From Camelus dromedarius (lineage: Eukaryota): a stretch of DNA of 64,000 nt. Location: contig NC_087437.1 of NCBI RefSeq assembly GCF_036321535.1, positions 75,146,001-75,210,000 of the forward strand. The letters run 5' to 3'. The position numbers and the translations under genes were made by a program. The stretch's first letter is position 1, and each line of letters opens with the position of its first letter. This document shows positions 39,785-52,341 of this stretch, in pieces. The notes beneath the pieces are model-generated. The model was not told the DNA's origin. It saw only the letters and a list, made by a program, of their open reading frames with translations, and searched no databases.

Positions 39785-40807
39785 AAGAGAAAAATAGATA
39801 AATTGGACTTCATCAAAATTAACTGTGCTTCAAAGAACATCATCAAGAAAGTGAAAAGACTACAGAATGGAAGAAAATATTTGGAAATCATATCTCTGAC
39901 AAGGAACTTATATCCAGAATATACACAGAACTCTTAAAACTCAAAAGTACAAAGAGAAACAACCCATTATTAAAAATATTCAAAGGAAGTAAATGGACAT
40001 TTCTCCAAGTATACAAATAGCCAACATGAAAACATGCTCAACACAATTAATCATTAGGAAAATGCAAATAAAAACCACAAAGATATACGACTTCACACAC
40101 ACCACAATGGGTGAAATAAAGACAGGTAGCCTAATAAGTACTGGTGAGAATATGGAGCAATCAGAACCCCCACTCACTGTTGTTGGGATTGTAAAATGGT
40201 GCAGTTACTTGGAAAATAGTTTGGCAGTTCCTCCAAAAGTTAAACATAGAGTTTACTGAATGTCTCAGCAATTCTACTCTTAGGTATACACCCAAGACAA
40301 CTGAAAACATATGTCCACACAAAAATTTGTATACAAATGTTCATAAAAGCATTATTCATAATAGACAAAAAATGGAAACATACCAAATGTCCATCAACGG
40401 ATGAAAAGGTAAGCAAAATGTGGTATATCCATACAGTGGGAGATTATTTGTCCATAAAAAGAAATGAGTACTGATACATGCCACAACATGGATGAGCCTT
40501 GAGAACATTATGTTAAGTAAAAGAAGTTAATCACAAGAGATCATATATTATATAATTCCATTTATATGAAATGCCCACAATAGGCTAATCCACAGAGATA
40601 AAAAAAAAATAGACTAGTGGTTGTTGGAAGCTGGGAGAGAAGAGAATCCATTTCTAGTGGATCCAGGGTTTCTTTTTAGGGTAATAAAAGTGTTTTGGAA
40701 TTAGTGTTGATGGTTGTGAATGTGCTAAAAACCAAGGACTTCTATACTTTAACAGGGTGAATTTTATTCTATATGAATTGAATCTCAAAAAAGCTGTTAT
40801 TAAAAAT
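39785..40807 (+). mobile_element. L1MB-type 3' fragment
   Basis: ORF2 C-terminal and 3' UTR motifs ending 'aaagctgttattaaaaa'. Confidence 0.85.
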
Positions 40808-41168
40808 ACGTCAATCAGAACAAAACATAGCCAGTTTCATAAAGCAGTCGCACCTAGTAGTATTGATTAGGGTAAAGAGGAAGGAATTCATAAGCCCTAA
40901 TCCCTGATGGCAGTTTGTTATGGACTATAACTTTGCTGATTAATCACTCTCTGCAGTTTTCCAAGGCCAGAGCTAAGGCAAACACTTGCCTAGGACATTT
41001 CCCCTGACACCTGCTGTCCCAGTGTAACTATTAATACTGCTCAGTATCATGCTCAAAAGTCCCCCAGTTTGGATGATAAGTTATTTGGCTATCCTGGCCG
41101 AATAAGCTGAGTGGAATCACAGAGTTTCAGACAGGGTGCACTCAACCAAAGGAACAGCTGTTTGTTAC

Positions 41169-41237
41169 CTTTTCATAGAAAGCTGCTCTTTAAGGTTCTT
41201 GATTTCATTATCTTTAGCATGGCTTTGACGCTGTAAT
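41169..41237 (-). CDS. DZIP3: DZIP3 coding exon (69 nt; LQRQSHAKDNEIKNLKEQLSMK)
   Basis: cttag|ATT...AAG|gtaac. Phase 2/2, matches DZIP3. Confidence 0.95.
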
Positions 41238-42585
41238 CTAAGAAAAGAAGAAAGAATGCCATAAAATGTCAGAAATTATTTGTCATTAATAGGACAACTC
41301 TACTTATAGCTGATGAGGGACTAAGTATGTCCCATTTTGGGCCACAAATCTTGAGCCTGAAAATAACTGGACTCCCCTACCTAATCCTTCTGAAATTTAT
41401 CTTTATCTTTCTTCACAAAGAACTAAATTCTAACTCTGTAAATTAGAAAGCCAAAAAGAAGAGTTATATTGTATCCCCAGCTCAACAACTCAGAAAAATT
41501 ACTTTAGCTATTTGTTCTTTAGTTTACCCACTAGAAAACGAGATGGTATCTTACGATGTTCTAAGGCCTATGGTGGGATTGAGAACTTTAAGTTCCTTAA
41601 AGAGATTACATCAAGTCAAGCAAACTATTAAAGACTTAAGGTGTGAAAGAAATCAGACCTTAAACTCAGAAGTAATAAAGCTGTGTGCAAATAAGAATTT
41701 TAATTAAAACTATAAATTATAACTGGGGAGTTACTCACATGACCTAACCAACAGAAGAGTGGATAAAAATTTTGTATAAATCAGAACACATAACCAGTGA
41801 TTAGCTTAAAACCAAAATGCAAAAAGCTATTAAGAGAAATGCAAAGTATTACCCTTTGGTTAACATATATTCACATACCATTTTTGATGTTCCATCTCTT
41901 ATGCTGTATTTCTCTTCACAAACAAGTTTTTACATTAACCTGCTAATCTGCTTCAATATGAAGAGATTATAGCAAAAGTACATTTCTCTTTAAGTCTCTG
42001 GTATATTCAGTTACTGGGGATACATAGGAGTTTTGGTTTATATAAATTAACGAAATGATAAAGCCTTAAAATGATGACTTTAAATGCTGGCTGGATTGCT
42101 CACCACTGTCTTTCAGAGACTACCTATTCACCTTTAAGCTTCTCAGGAGCTGTAGAGACTTACAATCAATGTTGTATTTGACTGAAAATGCAAAGAAAAG
42201 AAACCAGGTCTCTTTCTATACAAAAGAGGTCATGTTCTCAAGTAAAGAATGAGAAATACAAGCTTTTACTATAGTATACAGGAGTATGTAGAGAGAATTG
42301 AAAAGTAACGTGTACCATTTCTAACACCGACACCTTTCTTTCCCTTGTGTACTTCCATTACTTCACTGTTTTACCCAGCTCTAGTTTAGAGTCGGCTATA
42401 AGAATTGACAAAGCTGGCGGGGAATTTAGGAGACTTAGATTCTTAAATAACAGAGGACAAGGTGGGCATAGTTCCTATCAACCAGTTCATATATGAACCA
42501 GCTGTGTATCTTTAGGTAGTCATAACTTCTTAGTCCCATTTTTCTCATGAATACCATCATTAGGTAAAATTAGATTTTCTTTTCT

Positions 42586-42683
42586 TTCCTTTTTAAAAAA
42601 AATTTTTTAATGGAAATCGAACCCAGGACCTTGGGCATGCTAAGCACACACTCTACCACTGATCTATATTCCACCCCCTACCC
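42586..42683 (-). mobile_element. tRNA-derived SINE (camelid vic-1-like)
   Basis: Reverse complement of the 32683 element. 15-bp target-site duplication tagattttcttttct. Confidence 0.85.
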
Positions 42684-43229
42684 TAGATTTTCTTTTCTAA
42701 AAGATCTAAAGTTCTCACTCTTACTCTGGCTGGCTATCAACTTTTTAATATAAATTTTATTGATAGCAGTTTCTTAACATTTATGGTTTATTGTGATTTG
42801 TGCAAAAATGTCATTTTTATATAAATCTGCAATTATCAATATATATTTACCAAATACTTACTGTAGGATTGGCACTGAATTAGGTCAAAGAAAAAAGACG
42901 TTTTTGCTCCCTAATATACAAGATGTTCTAAGATGAAAAAAAATCAACATTTTACAATTAAAGAATATTTGTATTTTTATCACCTACTCTTGGGACATGA
43001 CCAGGTGAAATAAACAAAGAAAGGCTCAGGAGCCTGTAGGAGAACACACACAACACTCACGCTTTCCCCTCCGCCCTTTCTCCATCTCACCCTACCCACT
43101 ACCTAGCTTAGGTTCAATACTATGTCTTCAATGAAGTTCTTCCTTATCACGACAATCCAAAGTACTCTTTTTACCCCCACAAGATCCCTATTAAGTATAG
43201 CTCCATTTGACAGCTATTTATATGTACTT

Positions 43230-45350
43230 TTAAAAAAACTTAAGCTTTTTCAGATAAACATAGATTCACACACAGGTGTTTAAAAAATGATACAGACAGA
43301 TACTATGTGCCCTTTATCCCTCAATGGTAACATCTTGCAAAATGATAGTGTAAAAACCAGGATACAGTTCAAGATACTGAAGCTTTATCACCACAGGGAT
43401 CCCTTATTTTGCCCTTTTATAGCCACACCCACTTCCCTCCCACTTCTACCTCCTCCATATAACTTTGCAACCACTAATCTAACCTGTTTTCCATTTTTAT
43501 CATTTTGTCATTTTTAAACTATTTGAAAATTTGTCATTTCAAGAACATTATAGAAATGGGATCATATAGTTATAAGCTTTGGGTATTGGTTTTTTTCACT
43601 CAAAATAATTCTCTAATGTCTGCAGGGTCTGAAGTGATATCACTGTTTCATTCCTGACAGTGTTAACTTCTATCTTCTCTTTTTTTGTCAGGTTTGCTAG
43701 AGGTCTGTCAGTTTTATTGATCTTTTCCAAGAAACAGCTCTTTGTTTCATGGATTTTCTGTACTGTTTTTTCTGTTTCCAATTTCATTATGTCTAACCTT
43801 TATTATTTCCTGCCTTCTGCTTGTTTGGGTTATTCTGCTTTTCTTTTTCTGGGTTCTTGCGATGGGAGCTTGTATTATACATTTGAGACTTTCCCCCTTT
43901 TCTAATGTGCACTTTCATGCTATAAATCTTAGGCTGCTTTAGCTGTGTCCCACAAACTTTGACATATTGTATTTTCATGTTAATTCAATTCAATGTATTT
44001 TTGTTTCTCTTCACACTTCTTCGACACGTGGATTAGTGAGAAGTGTGTTGTGTAGTTTCCAAGTGTTTGGAGATTTTCCTGTTTTCTTTCTGTTACTGAT
44101 TTCCAGTTTGATTCCATTGTAATCTGAGCACATGCTTTGCGTAATTTTAATTCTTTTAAATTTGTTGAGGTTTGTTTTACGGCCCAGGATATGGTCTATC
44201 TTGGTATACTTTCTGTGGGCATTTGAAAGCATATGTATTCTGCTGTTGTCTGGTGGAGTGGCCTATAAACATCAATCAGATCCTGTTGATTAATGGTGTT
44301 GTAGAGGTCTGGATCCTTGCTGTTTTGTCTAGCATTTTATAAACTGCTGTGAATAGGGAACTGAAGTCACCAAGTATAATTGTAGATTTTTCTTTTTCCT
44401 TTCAGTTCTGTCTGGTTTTGCTGCATATATTTTGAGGCTCTGTTGTTTGGTATGTACACCTTTAGGTTCTTATATCTTCCTGGTGGACTGATCCTTTTAT
44501 TGTTAGGTAATGTCCCTCTTTGTCTTCTGTAGTTTTGCTCCAAAGTCCATTTTATCGATATTAATATAGCCACTCTTGCTTTTTTGATTAATGTTTACAT
44601 GGTATATCTTTTATCATTCTTTTATTTGCAACCTACCTATATTATTGAAACTGAAATGTGTTTCTTGTGAACAGCACACTATTGGATCATATTTTTTTGT
44701 TTTGTTTTTAAAATCCACTCTGCCAGTCTCTGTCTTTTAACTGATATATTTAGGCCATTTATATTAAAGGTAATTATTGATATATTAGGGCTTAGGTCTG
44801 CCATTTTATTATTTGTTTTGTTTGTTTCTTCTGTTTCTCTTTTCTAACCTTATGCATTATATGAACATTTTTTAGGATTCTACCTTAATTTATTTATATA
44901 GTGTTTTAGTATCTATTTATGCAGCTTTCTTAGTAGCTGTACTAGGTATTACAATATGCATACATACGTCTACTGGTATTGATCTTTTCTTACTTCAGGT
45001 GACATGCAGAAGGGCTGACTCACACTGCTATGTTGCTGTAGGGTGGAGAGAGGCAGAAGCTCCCTGTTGGGCCCCTCAACATCAGCTGGGAAGAGGAGAA
45101 AAATGGAGCACCAATTGGCCCTGGGGTGGAGACTCAGCTCCCCGTGAGAGTAGGGATAAAGCTTAGTATTGACTAGTCCCACTTCAGGTCACTTTGTTAA
45201 GTCTCTTTGATACCAGGTTGAGGTAGAAGCTTAGCTCACAGTTGGACCACACTGATGCTATCCTGGCAGAGAAACTGGAGTACTACTTGCTTCCACCTGG
45301 TGAGGAATGGAAGATTAGCTGCCTGCTCAATAATGCTACCCCAGCAGGGG
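43230..45350 (-). mobile_element. Old L1 (L1MC-like) with large internal deletions: 3' UTR, endonuclease region and 5' region
   Basis: Endonuclease remnant ORFs at 43596-44573 (KIDHILGRKTNLNKFK, DYNGIKLEI). Confidence 0.8.
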
Positions 45351-46523
45351 AATCTGATTTCTGCCATCTTTTGTCAGAGTGCACTACCTGTGTCCAAGTG
45401 TGCAACACTGAATGGTCATTGTATGAAGCCATATACATTCCCTACAGTGTAGGGAATGAGCATACAAGGATGCTTGGGTGAGGTATCAGAGTTGAAGAGG
45501 GAATCTCAGATAGTAAAGAAGAGAGGCAGCTAATCTTAATGGATGGCATTACTTTTCTGATCTGATACTGTGTAACATATTTCCGGATTGGTCATTACCT
45601 TCCAGGTTAAAAGTTTTGAATCATGAAGTGTGGTTTCTTAAGTGGTTTCAGCCAGCTTAGTTTTCCCAAATAATTCTAGGCCCTCACCTTCTTCTGAACT
45701 TCATAGATTTCTCTAACACCAGCAGAAGCAAACCTGAAAGTGTTTACAACTGATATCATATTGCCAGAGCTGTGGCATCCTTTTCTTCCTAAAAACCCCT
45801 TCAGGTTGGATGATATGCTCAGTGGGAGAAAATTTAAGACCAGATATTATTCCAATTTTAAAAATGGCATTTTGGACTCCTTACATTAAGATATTCCCTA
45901 GAACTAGTCTATTCTCCTACTAGCAGTCTAGGTACTGCAATAGATTTCAAATTAGACTTCAGAGATGACTGGTGCTTTGTGGTATTACTTTTGATTAAAA
46001 TAATGTGCTACAAATTATATTACAAATTTCACCTGATAATGGTTCAAGGAAACAGTATAAAAAGAATAGAGTAGGGTACTTATTTTTTCCCCTATTAAAT
46101 CAGAGTTTTAATCTTAGGCATTTAATACTTAAATTTGTACGAGAAATGAGATTGATAGGGTGAAGATTCTCCAGGAATTTGATTTGTTCTCAATCTCCTG
46201 TGCTTAGAACACAAATATTCTGAGAGACCAACATTAAAACCTATGAAAGTGAGTCAGTGATCTCTTTGAGGAATGTACTTATCATATGCTATAAAGAAAC
46301 AGCCAATTGCTAGCTACATTTTTACAAATTAAAGTCATAACCGGAAAGTTGACTATCATTCTCATGTAATTCTATTATCTTCATACTTATTCAGCCAATA
46401 AATGAAAAGCTTGATATATAGAGTGAGCAGTTGCTTATTTCTCAATCCAGTTGGTAAGGCAAAAATGGAGTTTATTTTTAAGCAAGTACAGTCCTGTGGT
46501 TGGCAGTTCCTAATGTGTGGTCA

Positions 46524-46542
46524 CAATGCCACCTAGTGGCTA
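46524..46542 (-). promoter_or_regulatory. CTCF-like motif GCCACTAGGTGGCA
   Basis: Near-perfect CTCF core consensus, about 80 bp into the intron after exon 46620-46747. Confidence 0.55.
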
Positions 46543-46619
46543 CATAAGGATTATCTTTTAAACATAGTGTGCTATGGAACAAACCCAGAATTTCCCTTTA
46601 TCAATAGATTTGCACTTAC

Positions 46620-46747
46620 TTAGACACCTTATTGATTCCAAAAGCCACTTGTTGGTTAAGAGATGCAATAATTTTGTCTTTCTTTTTAATCTGCATTTGG
46701 TTTTCTTGCCACCGAAAAGTCACTGTTTTCAATTGTCTTTTGAAGTC
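46620..46747 (-). CDS. DZIP3: DZIP3 coding exon (128 nt; DFKRQLKTVTFRWQENQMQIKKKDKIIASLNQQVAFGINKVS)
   Basis: ttag|GAC...TAA|gtaagt. Coiled-coil region, matches DZIP3. Confidence 0.95.
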
Positions 46748-46899
46748 CTAATCAATGAAAAATACTACTTCAATTAATTCTGTTCAAGTCACCAGAAATT
46801 TAAAGAAAAAAAAAATGGACTCTTTAAAAATATATACCATGAAACTTAACATCTGAACTACCTCTAACTTGCCTCAGATATAACGGCAAAAGTACTTAC

Positions 46900-46995
46900 T
46901 TCACACTGATTGTGCAATTTATAAAGCTGCCGTTGTCGAGCAAGCTTTTCCTTTTCAGTTTCTCCATATTCTGTAGTCACCTTGTTGGTTGAACC
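46900..46995 (-). CDS. DZIP3: DZIP3 coding exon (96 nt; GSTNKVTTEYGETEKEKLARQRQLYKLHNQCE)
   Basis: aatag|GGT...GAA|gtaagt. Translation matches DZIP3. Confidence 0.95.
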
Positions 46996-48425
46996 CTATT
47001 GAGCAAGTAGAATATGTATGCTTTATTTTCCTCTTTAAAAAAAGCACTAATATTATAGTTATTTAAGGGGATTTAAAGTTGCTATCTGACTGATTCTCAT
47101 GCATTATACGTCTCACTGCAAACTTCACTTCTGATTTGTTTAGATAAACCCATCTCTCCCCAGTGACAGTCAGTAAACCATACCATGCTTGGCTACTGCT
47201 GCGACTACTGGATAACATTATACATACTTACCATTTTCAAAGCTTTTTTGTAGTGCTTTTTTGTCATAAGAACCATATGAGGTAGGCACTCATTACTCCT
47301 GTTTTAGAGATGATAAAACTTGCGCACGGTCACAGAGTAAGTGGAGAAGCCAGAATTCTAACTCAGGCAGTATTAATTACCCAAGTACTTAATTATTACC
47401 TTAGTAATTACCACCTTAAGTTAATGTTCAACTTCTCCACTGGATTATAAACAGTATGATCACAGGGACCATGTCTTAGCATAGCTCTAGACACAAAGCA
47501 GGTGCTAAGTATTTCTTGAATAAATGAATGAAAATTTTTCAAAAGGTGTGCGACACTGTGATTCTGAGTTCTCACAGCTATTGAATTAAAAACAAAGGCC
47601 CGACATTTAAACTTTAGTGTGATATCCAAAGCTTAGAATGTATCATTTCAGTTAAAAAATATATATTTTTTTAATTGAAAAGGAGACAAAAAGGTATGAC
47701 AATTATACTAATGTACTATCAGACAGGGAATCATTTGTACTAACTGTACCCTTAGACAATCAATATTACTATACACTATGTATCATTATACTTAAACCAG
47801 GGAACAGTTTATCATAAAATTACCTCAGTACAGAATTCTCATGGGTATATAAATAAAGTGGTTTAAAAAAAAAATCTTTCATATGTTTTGTGTCATTAAG
47901 TGCTCTACTGAGCACTTAAATCATGTTCATATGCACCTTCATATATAGGTATGTCACTACCAGCACTGACTACCACATGGAAAGGAACCAAAAATATTGT
48001 TCATTAATATTTCTTGTAGACATTTCATGGTAACAACCAGGTTTAATTTTTAAAAAATGAAAGTAGCTTTGTTTAATAAAACTATTTTTCTCATGAAATT
48101 TAATCCAGTGGGATTACATCAGGGTATTTTTTTCTTCCTTGTGGTATTTGAAAATTCTTTACAAGGAATGCATTTGTAATCAACTCTGCCCAATACTTAA
48201 AATCAGGAAATGGTTTGAGGACTAAAGTGAAACTTTTCCAGCTTCTAGAGTTCTTCTTTATGTCACTCATCCCCCTATACCTCCTTTCCTGTTTTTTCTT
48301 TTCCCTTACAAATACAACATAAACCACCAGGTTAACAAGCTGTTCAAAGAGTCATGGGGGGAAAGAGGTTAACAATTTTTCTGGAAGAAGGAAGGCAGGA
48401 CTGTACCCTCTCCAGTCAGGCTTAC

Positions 48426-48591
48426 CTGCTCTATCATGTCCAGAATATGCAATTCATCCAGGCTATAAAACTTGTCTTCAGCTGCAGAATCTTCTTGAAT
48501 ATCGCTTGCATCATCTTTCATAAATCTACTGACTGGGTAGAGATTTGCTTGCTCTTTCTTCAGCTGCTCTTCTCTTCCTACAATATCTGGG
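48426..48591 (-). CDS. DZIP3: DZIP3 coding exon (166 nt; PDIVGREEQLKKEQAN...EDKFYSLDELHILDMIEQ)
   Basis: tatag|CCCAG...GAGCAG|gtaag. Frame is continuous with flanking exons and matches human DZIP3. Confidence 0.92.
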
Positions 48592-50887
48592 CTATAGTGG
48601 TGACATAATTAATGTGATCTTTTATAATTGTATAGTGCTTTTCATCTAAGTCACTACTTCCTAAATTAATTGTACTGGTCTCATGGATGCTCAGATCAGA
48701 AGGGTTCATAGTCAAAGAAAGTTTGGACAGTGCTCATACTGTGTATTTCTTTTGAAGACTAACAAAGAATTTTAGCATATTTGAGATAGCACTCAATCAA
48801 GGTACCTATTATGTTCATCCCAGGGTTTTCAAGAATTATGAAACCACGGAGTTCATTTTTCAAATTACAACTATTAACATCAGTTACTTTGAGAAACAAT
48901 AATTTGAGAAGTATGGACAAACATTTCCATGTCTGTTATATTATTTTATCATTCTTGACAAGCAGGTTGGTTTAATTAACTTCAGTTCTTAGGTCCAGTG
49001 TACATTTAAGTAGAGGGCTGCGACTAGTGACATAAAGTAGATTTAAAATGGAGGTTTCTTTTGTAATAGCACTTAAAAAAAAAACTGCAGTGATAATGAA
49101 TTTCACTAACTAGGAATCATTGAAAAAAGAACGAAAATATTACATGTATAATGGCAATTAACTCATTTTTATACGTATGTCTAAAATTTAAATGTATGCT
49201 ACTATCCTTTCAGTTGGCCTACTATTTAGTAGCTATGAATTTCCTTCCTAATGCCACTGAATAAATAGTAACAAGAAATAGTACTTTTATCTATAGCATG
49301 ATACAAATTACTTAATTTTTTAGTGAACAGAAAGAAAATAGATAACTCTGATACATTATCACTTATTTTCGGTCACTGAGACCTTGAAAAAATGACATCT
49401 AATGCTTATACAGTAACTTGTAAAACACTATAAAACAGTCATCAGGTATCACTCTGGTATCCTAAACTGACTCAAACATTTTGGAAAGTTCAATGAAATC
49501 AATTGCTTACGTAGACCACTAGTTCCAAAACACAGTTAGTTTTCAAATTACTTAAAGATCTTTTTAAAAATTACATTTTCCCTGACACCCCAATGCCTCT
49601 AAAACTATGAATTTATATTTTTGAAAGGCCTCAAAAGATTATTCCTAACTTTTTAAAGTATGATAATAATATTGTGATAACACAAGAAAATATTTCTATT
49701 AATAAGAGATGCAAACCAAAGCATGCAGAGTAAAGTTATATGATGTTTGACACTGAAAAATGCTAAAAAAAAAAAAAAAAAGAACAAAATGTTAAGGGAA
49801 GAATGAAGCAAATGTGGAAAATAGTGATAATTGTTGAATCAGGATGATAAATATATACTAATGTAGACATATTATTCTTTACTTTTGTGTATGCTTGAAA
49901 ATTCTCATTTGAAAACAAAGCTCCCTGGATGATTTGATGATCATCCAGGTTTGGGTCTACACTGTAGTCAGAGTGAGCAAATGACTGATAATGCTGCACA
50001 TTCTTAAATAAGTTATTTTTATACTATCTAGACATAGCCTGACACAAACAAATGAACAGACACACACACACAAATTATTGCTTTAGTGGCTCAAGTCGTT
50101 GACACAGAAGGTGAAAACCCATCTTGGATGATCAACTATTAACTTTAAATGGATCATGTCCATTAACAATGAGAAAATGTCAACCACAAGTGATAGCTTT
50201 AAAGTTAATAAACTATGTTCTTGTTAACATTTTAAAGATATCTTAAGTTATGACCTCACAGTGAATTTCCTAAAGTCAGTAATTTTCAGTTAACAAACAT
50301 TTTGGTGGGTGTAATGATCTCTTCATGTAGTATCTCCCCTACTTCCTTCCTCTACTACACTGTCATCAATCATATGGTTGTAGAATATAGCTCACAGTGA
50401 TTTTTAGACATTGAGAGGTTTCCAGTAAAGGTTCAAAATTCACTGTTAACAACTGCGATTTTAAAAACAAAAACACCTCAGGTTAATTAAACAAACCAAA
50501 CCAAATCAAACTCTTGTAAAAGAGGTCATTGGGACAAACAATAATCTGTCTTTAAGGTTAAGTCTTATTTAGTCTATATTTGGTTAACTACAGTTTAGAC
50601 TATATTTTAAAAACATTTTATGCTAGACCCAAATTAGTCCTTGAATAAAGCAGTTAGCATTGAATGACTTGAGTAATCTTATGGAAAAATGGCGAGGGAT
50701 CCTATTCTCCCAAAGTAAATGATAATTTAAACTTTTGTCACTTTAAATAAAAACTTGACAACTTATTAGGACAAAAAACTTTCTTCTCTTAGTGAGAACA
50801 ATTTCCAAAGCAAGGCTGTGTCATACTGGCAAAGCACACTTTGAAACTACAAAGAAAAATTTAAAAATTAAATAAACTAATACTTAC

Positions 50888-50913
50888 ATGTGCTCTTCTT
50901 TTGATTCCTTATT
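50888..50913 (-). CDS. DZIP3: DZIP3 microexon (26 nt; NKESKEEH + 2 nt)
   Basis: ttttcag|AATAAGGAATCAAAAGAAGAGCACAT|gtaagt. Matches human NKDSKEDQV. Its phase-2 end fits the next exon. Confidence 0.88.
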
Positions 50914-51131
50914 CTGAAAAATAACATCAAGAATTAGTACTCTCTATCAACTATGTTAATACAGCGTAGTGATCTGACTGCATTTATGTCAGTGTTTCTC
51001 AAGCTTTCTAACCACAACCAAAATAAGCACATTTTAAATCATGATTTAAATGCACTTACATGTATATCTTTATACATAAGCATAAAACTAAAATATAAGT
51101 TCCATGAAATAAACCATACCCATATTACATG

Positions 51132-51512
51132 TGTTAGGGACTGCATGTTTGCGTGCCTCCAAAATTCTTATGTTGAAACCCTAACCCCTGATGTGATGGT
51201 AGTTGGAGGTATGGCCACTGGGAAGTAATTAGGTTTAGATGAGGTTATGGAGTCCTCATGATGGGATCAGTGCCATTACACAGAGAGCTAGCTTGCTCAC
51301 TTATAGGCGCTGGCTCACTCTCTTTCTCCACCATGTGATGATACAGCAAGAAGGTAGCTGTCTGCAAACTAAGAGGTCCTTCACCAGACACTGATCTGCT
51401 GGCACCTTGATCTTGAATTTCCTAGCCTCCAGAACTGTGAAAAATAAATGTTTGTTGTTTAAGTCACCCAGTCTATGGTAGTTTGCTATAGCAGCCCAAA
51501 CTGACTAAAACA
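51132..51512 (+). mobile_element. MaLR solo LTR (MLT1A-like)
   Basis: TG..CA termini, 'ccaaaattcttatgttgaaacc', 'cctccagaactgtga..aataaatg..tttaag', 381 bp. Confidence 0.85.
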
Positions 51513-52341
51513 ATACATGATAAACTCTGGAATTTTTTTTTCATACTAATTCTATTTCCTTTTTAAAAATGGTAGTTGTGACCCACCAAATTGATTCTGT
51601 AATCTACCACTGAGTCATGAAACAAAACATGAAAATCATTTATTCAGATATTGGAAGTGAGTGCTGTGGCTGAGTTTTTACCTATTGTTACATCCCAAGA
51701 CAGGGTACATATAATTCTCATTTATGGAATCCTATACTAATTACAAGAGTTCTTGAAAATTTACATGTAAAGAGAAAGCAGACTGATACATTAAGAATCT
51801 TATAGAAGAAAACATGTTATGGAGATCACAATTAGGAGAAAATGTTAAAAAGCCCTAAATTTTATTTTCATTAAAATAAACCTATAAAGGCAATCTATTA
51901 AATACAGGTAATATCAGTGACACTTAACACATATTTAATTGAGCATTACTCTTATATATCACCCTTTTATTAAAAGTATCAGTTACTCTCATATAAATTA
52001 CAGTATTAATTTCTACTACTCTTGTTTACAAGAAACTTCAGGTCTCCTTCTCCACAGATTCCATGATGTACTTATATATTTGTTTTCCTTTATTGTCTGT
52101 ATACTAAGAGGATTTTTGCATTTCACTGATCAATGGCCAGTGCCAACTTGATTCTACAATTTTGAATTATCAACTCCTTCCTTGGTTCCAGTGTACCTGA
52201 ATAACTGAGTTGACAAGATATTTGGTAGTCCATAATGAACATATCTAGTATAGTTATGTATAAGTTGCCCCGCTATCCAAAAGTAGAGCATTCCTATGAA
52301 AACTTTCATAAGCCGAAATGGCCAAAGCAAAGAAACAATTA

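Noticed and set aside
47896..47919. 10-bp perfect hairpin ttaagtgctc-tact-gagcacttaa
   Set aside because: Too short for a miRNA precursor. Not surprising in 64 kb of AT-rich DNA and may be L2-derived.
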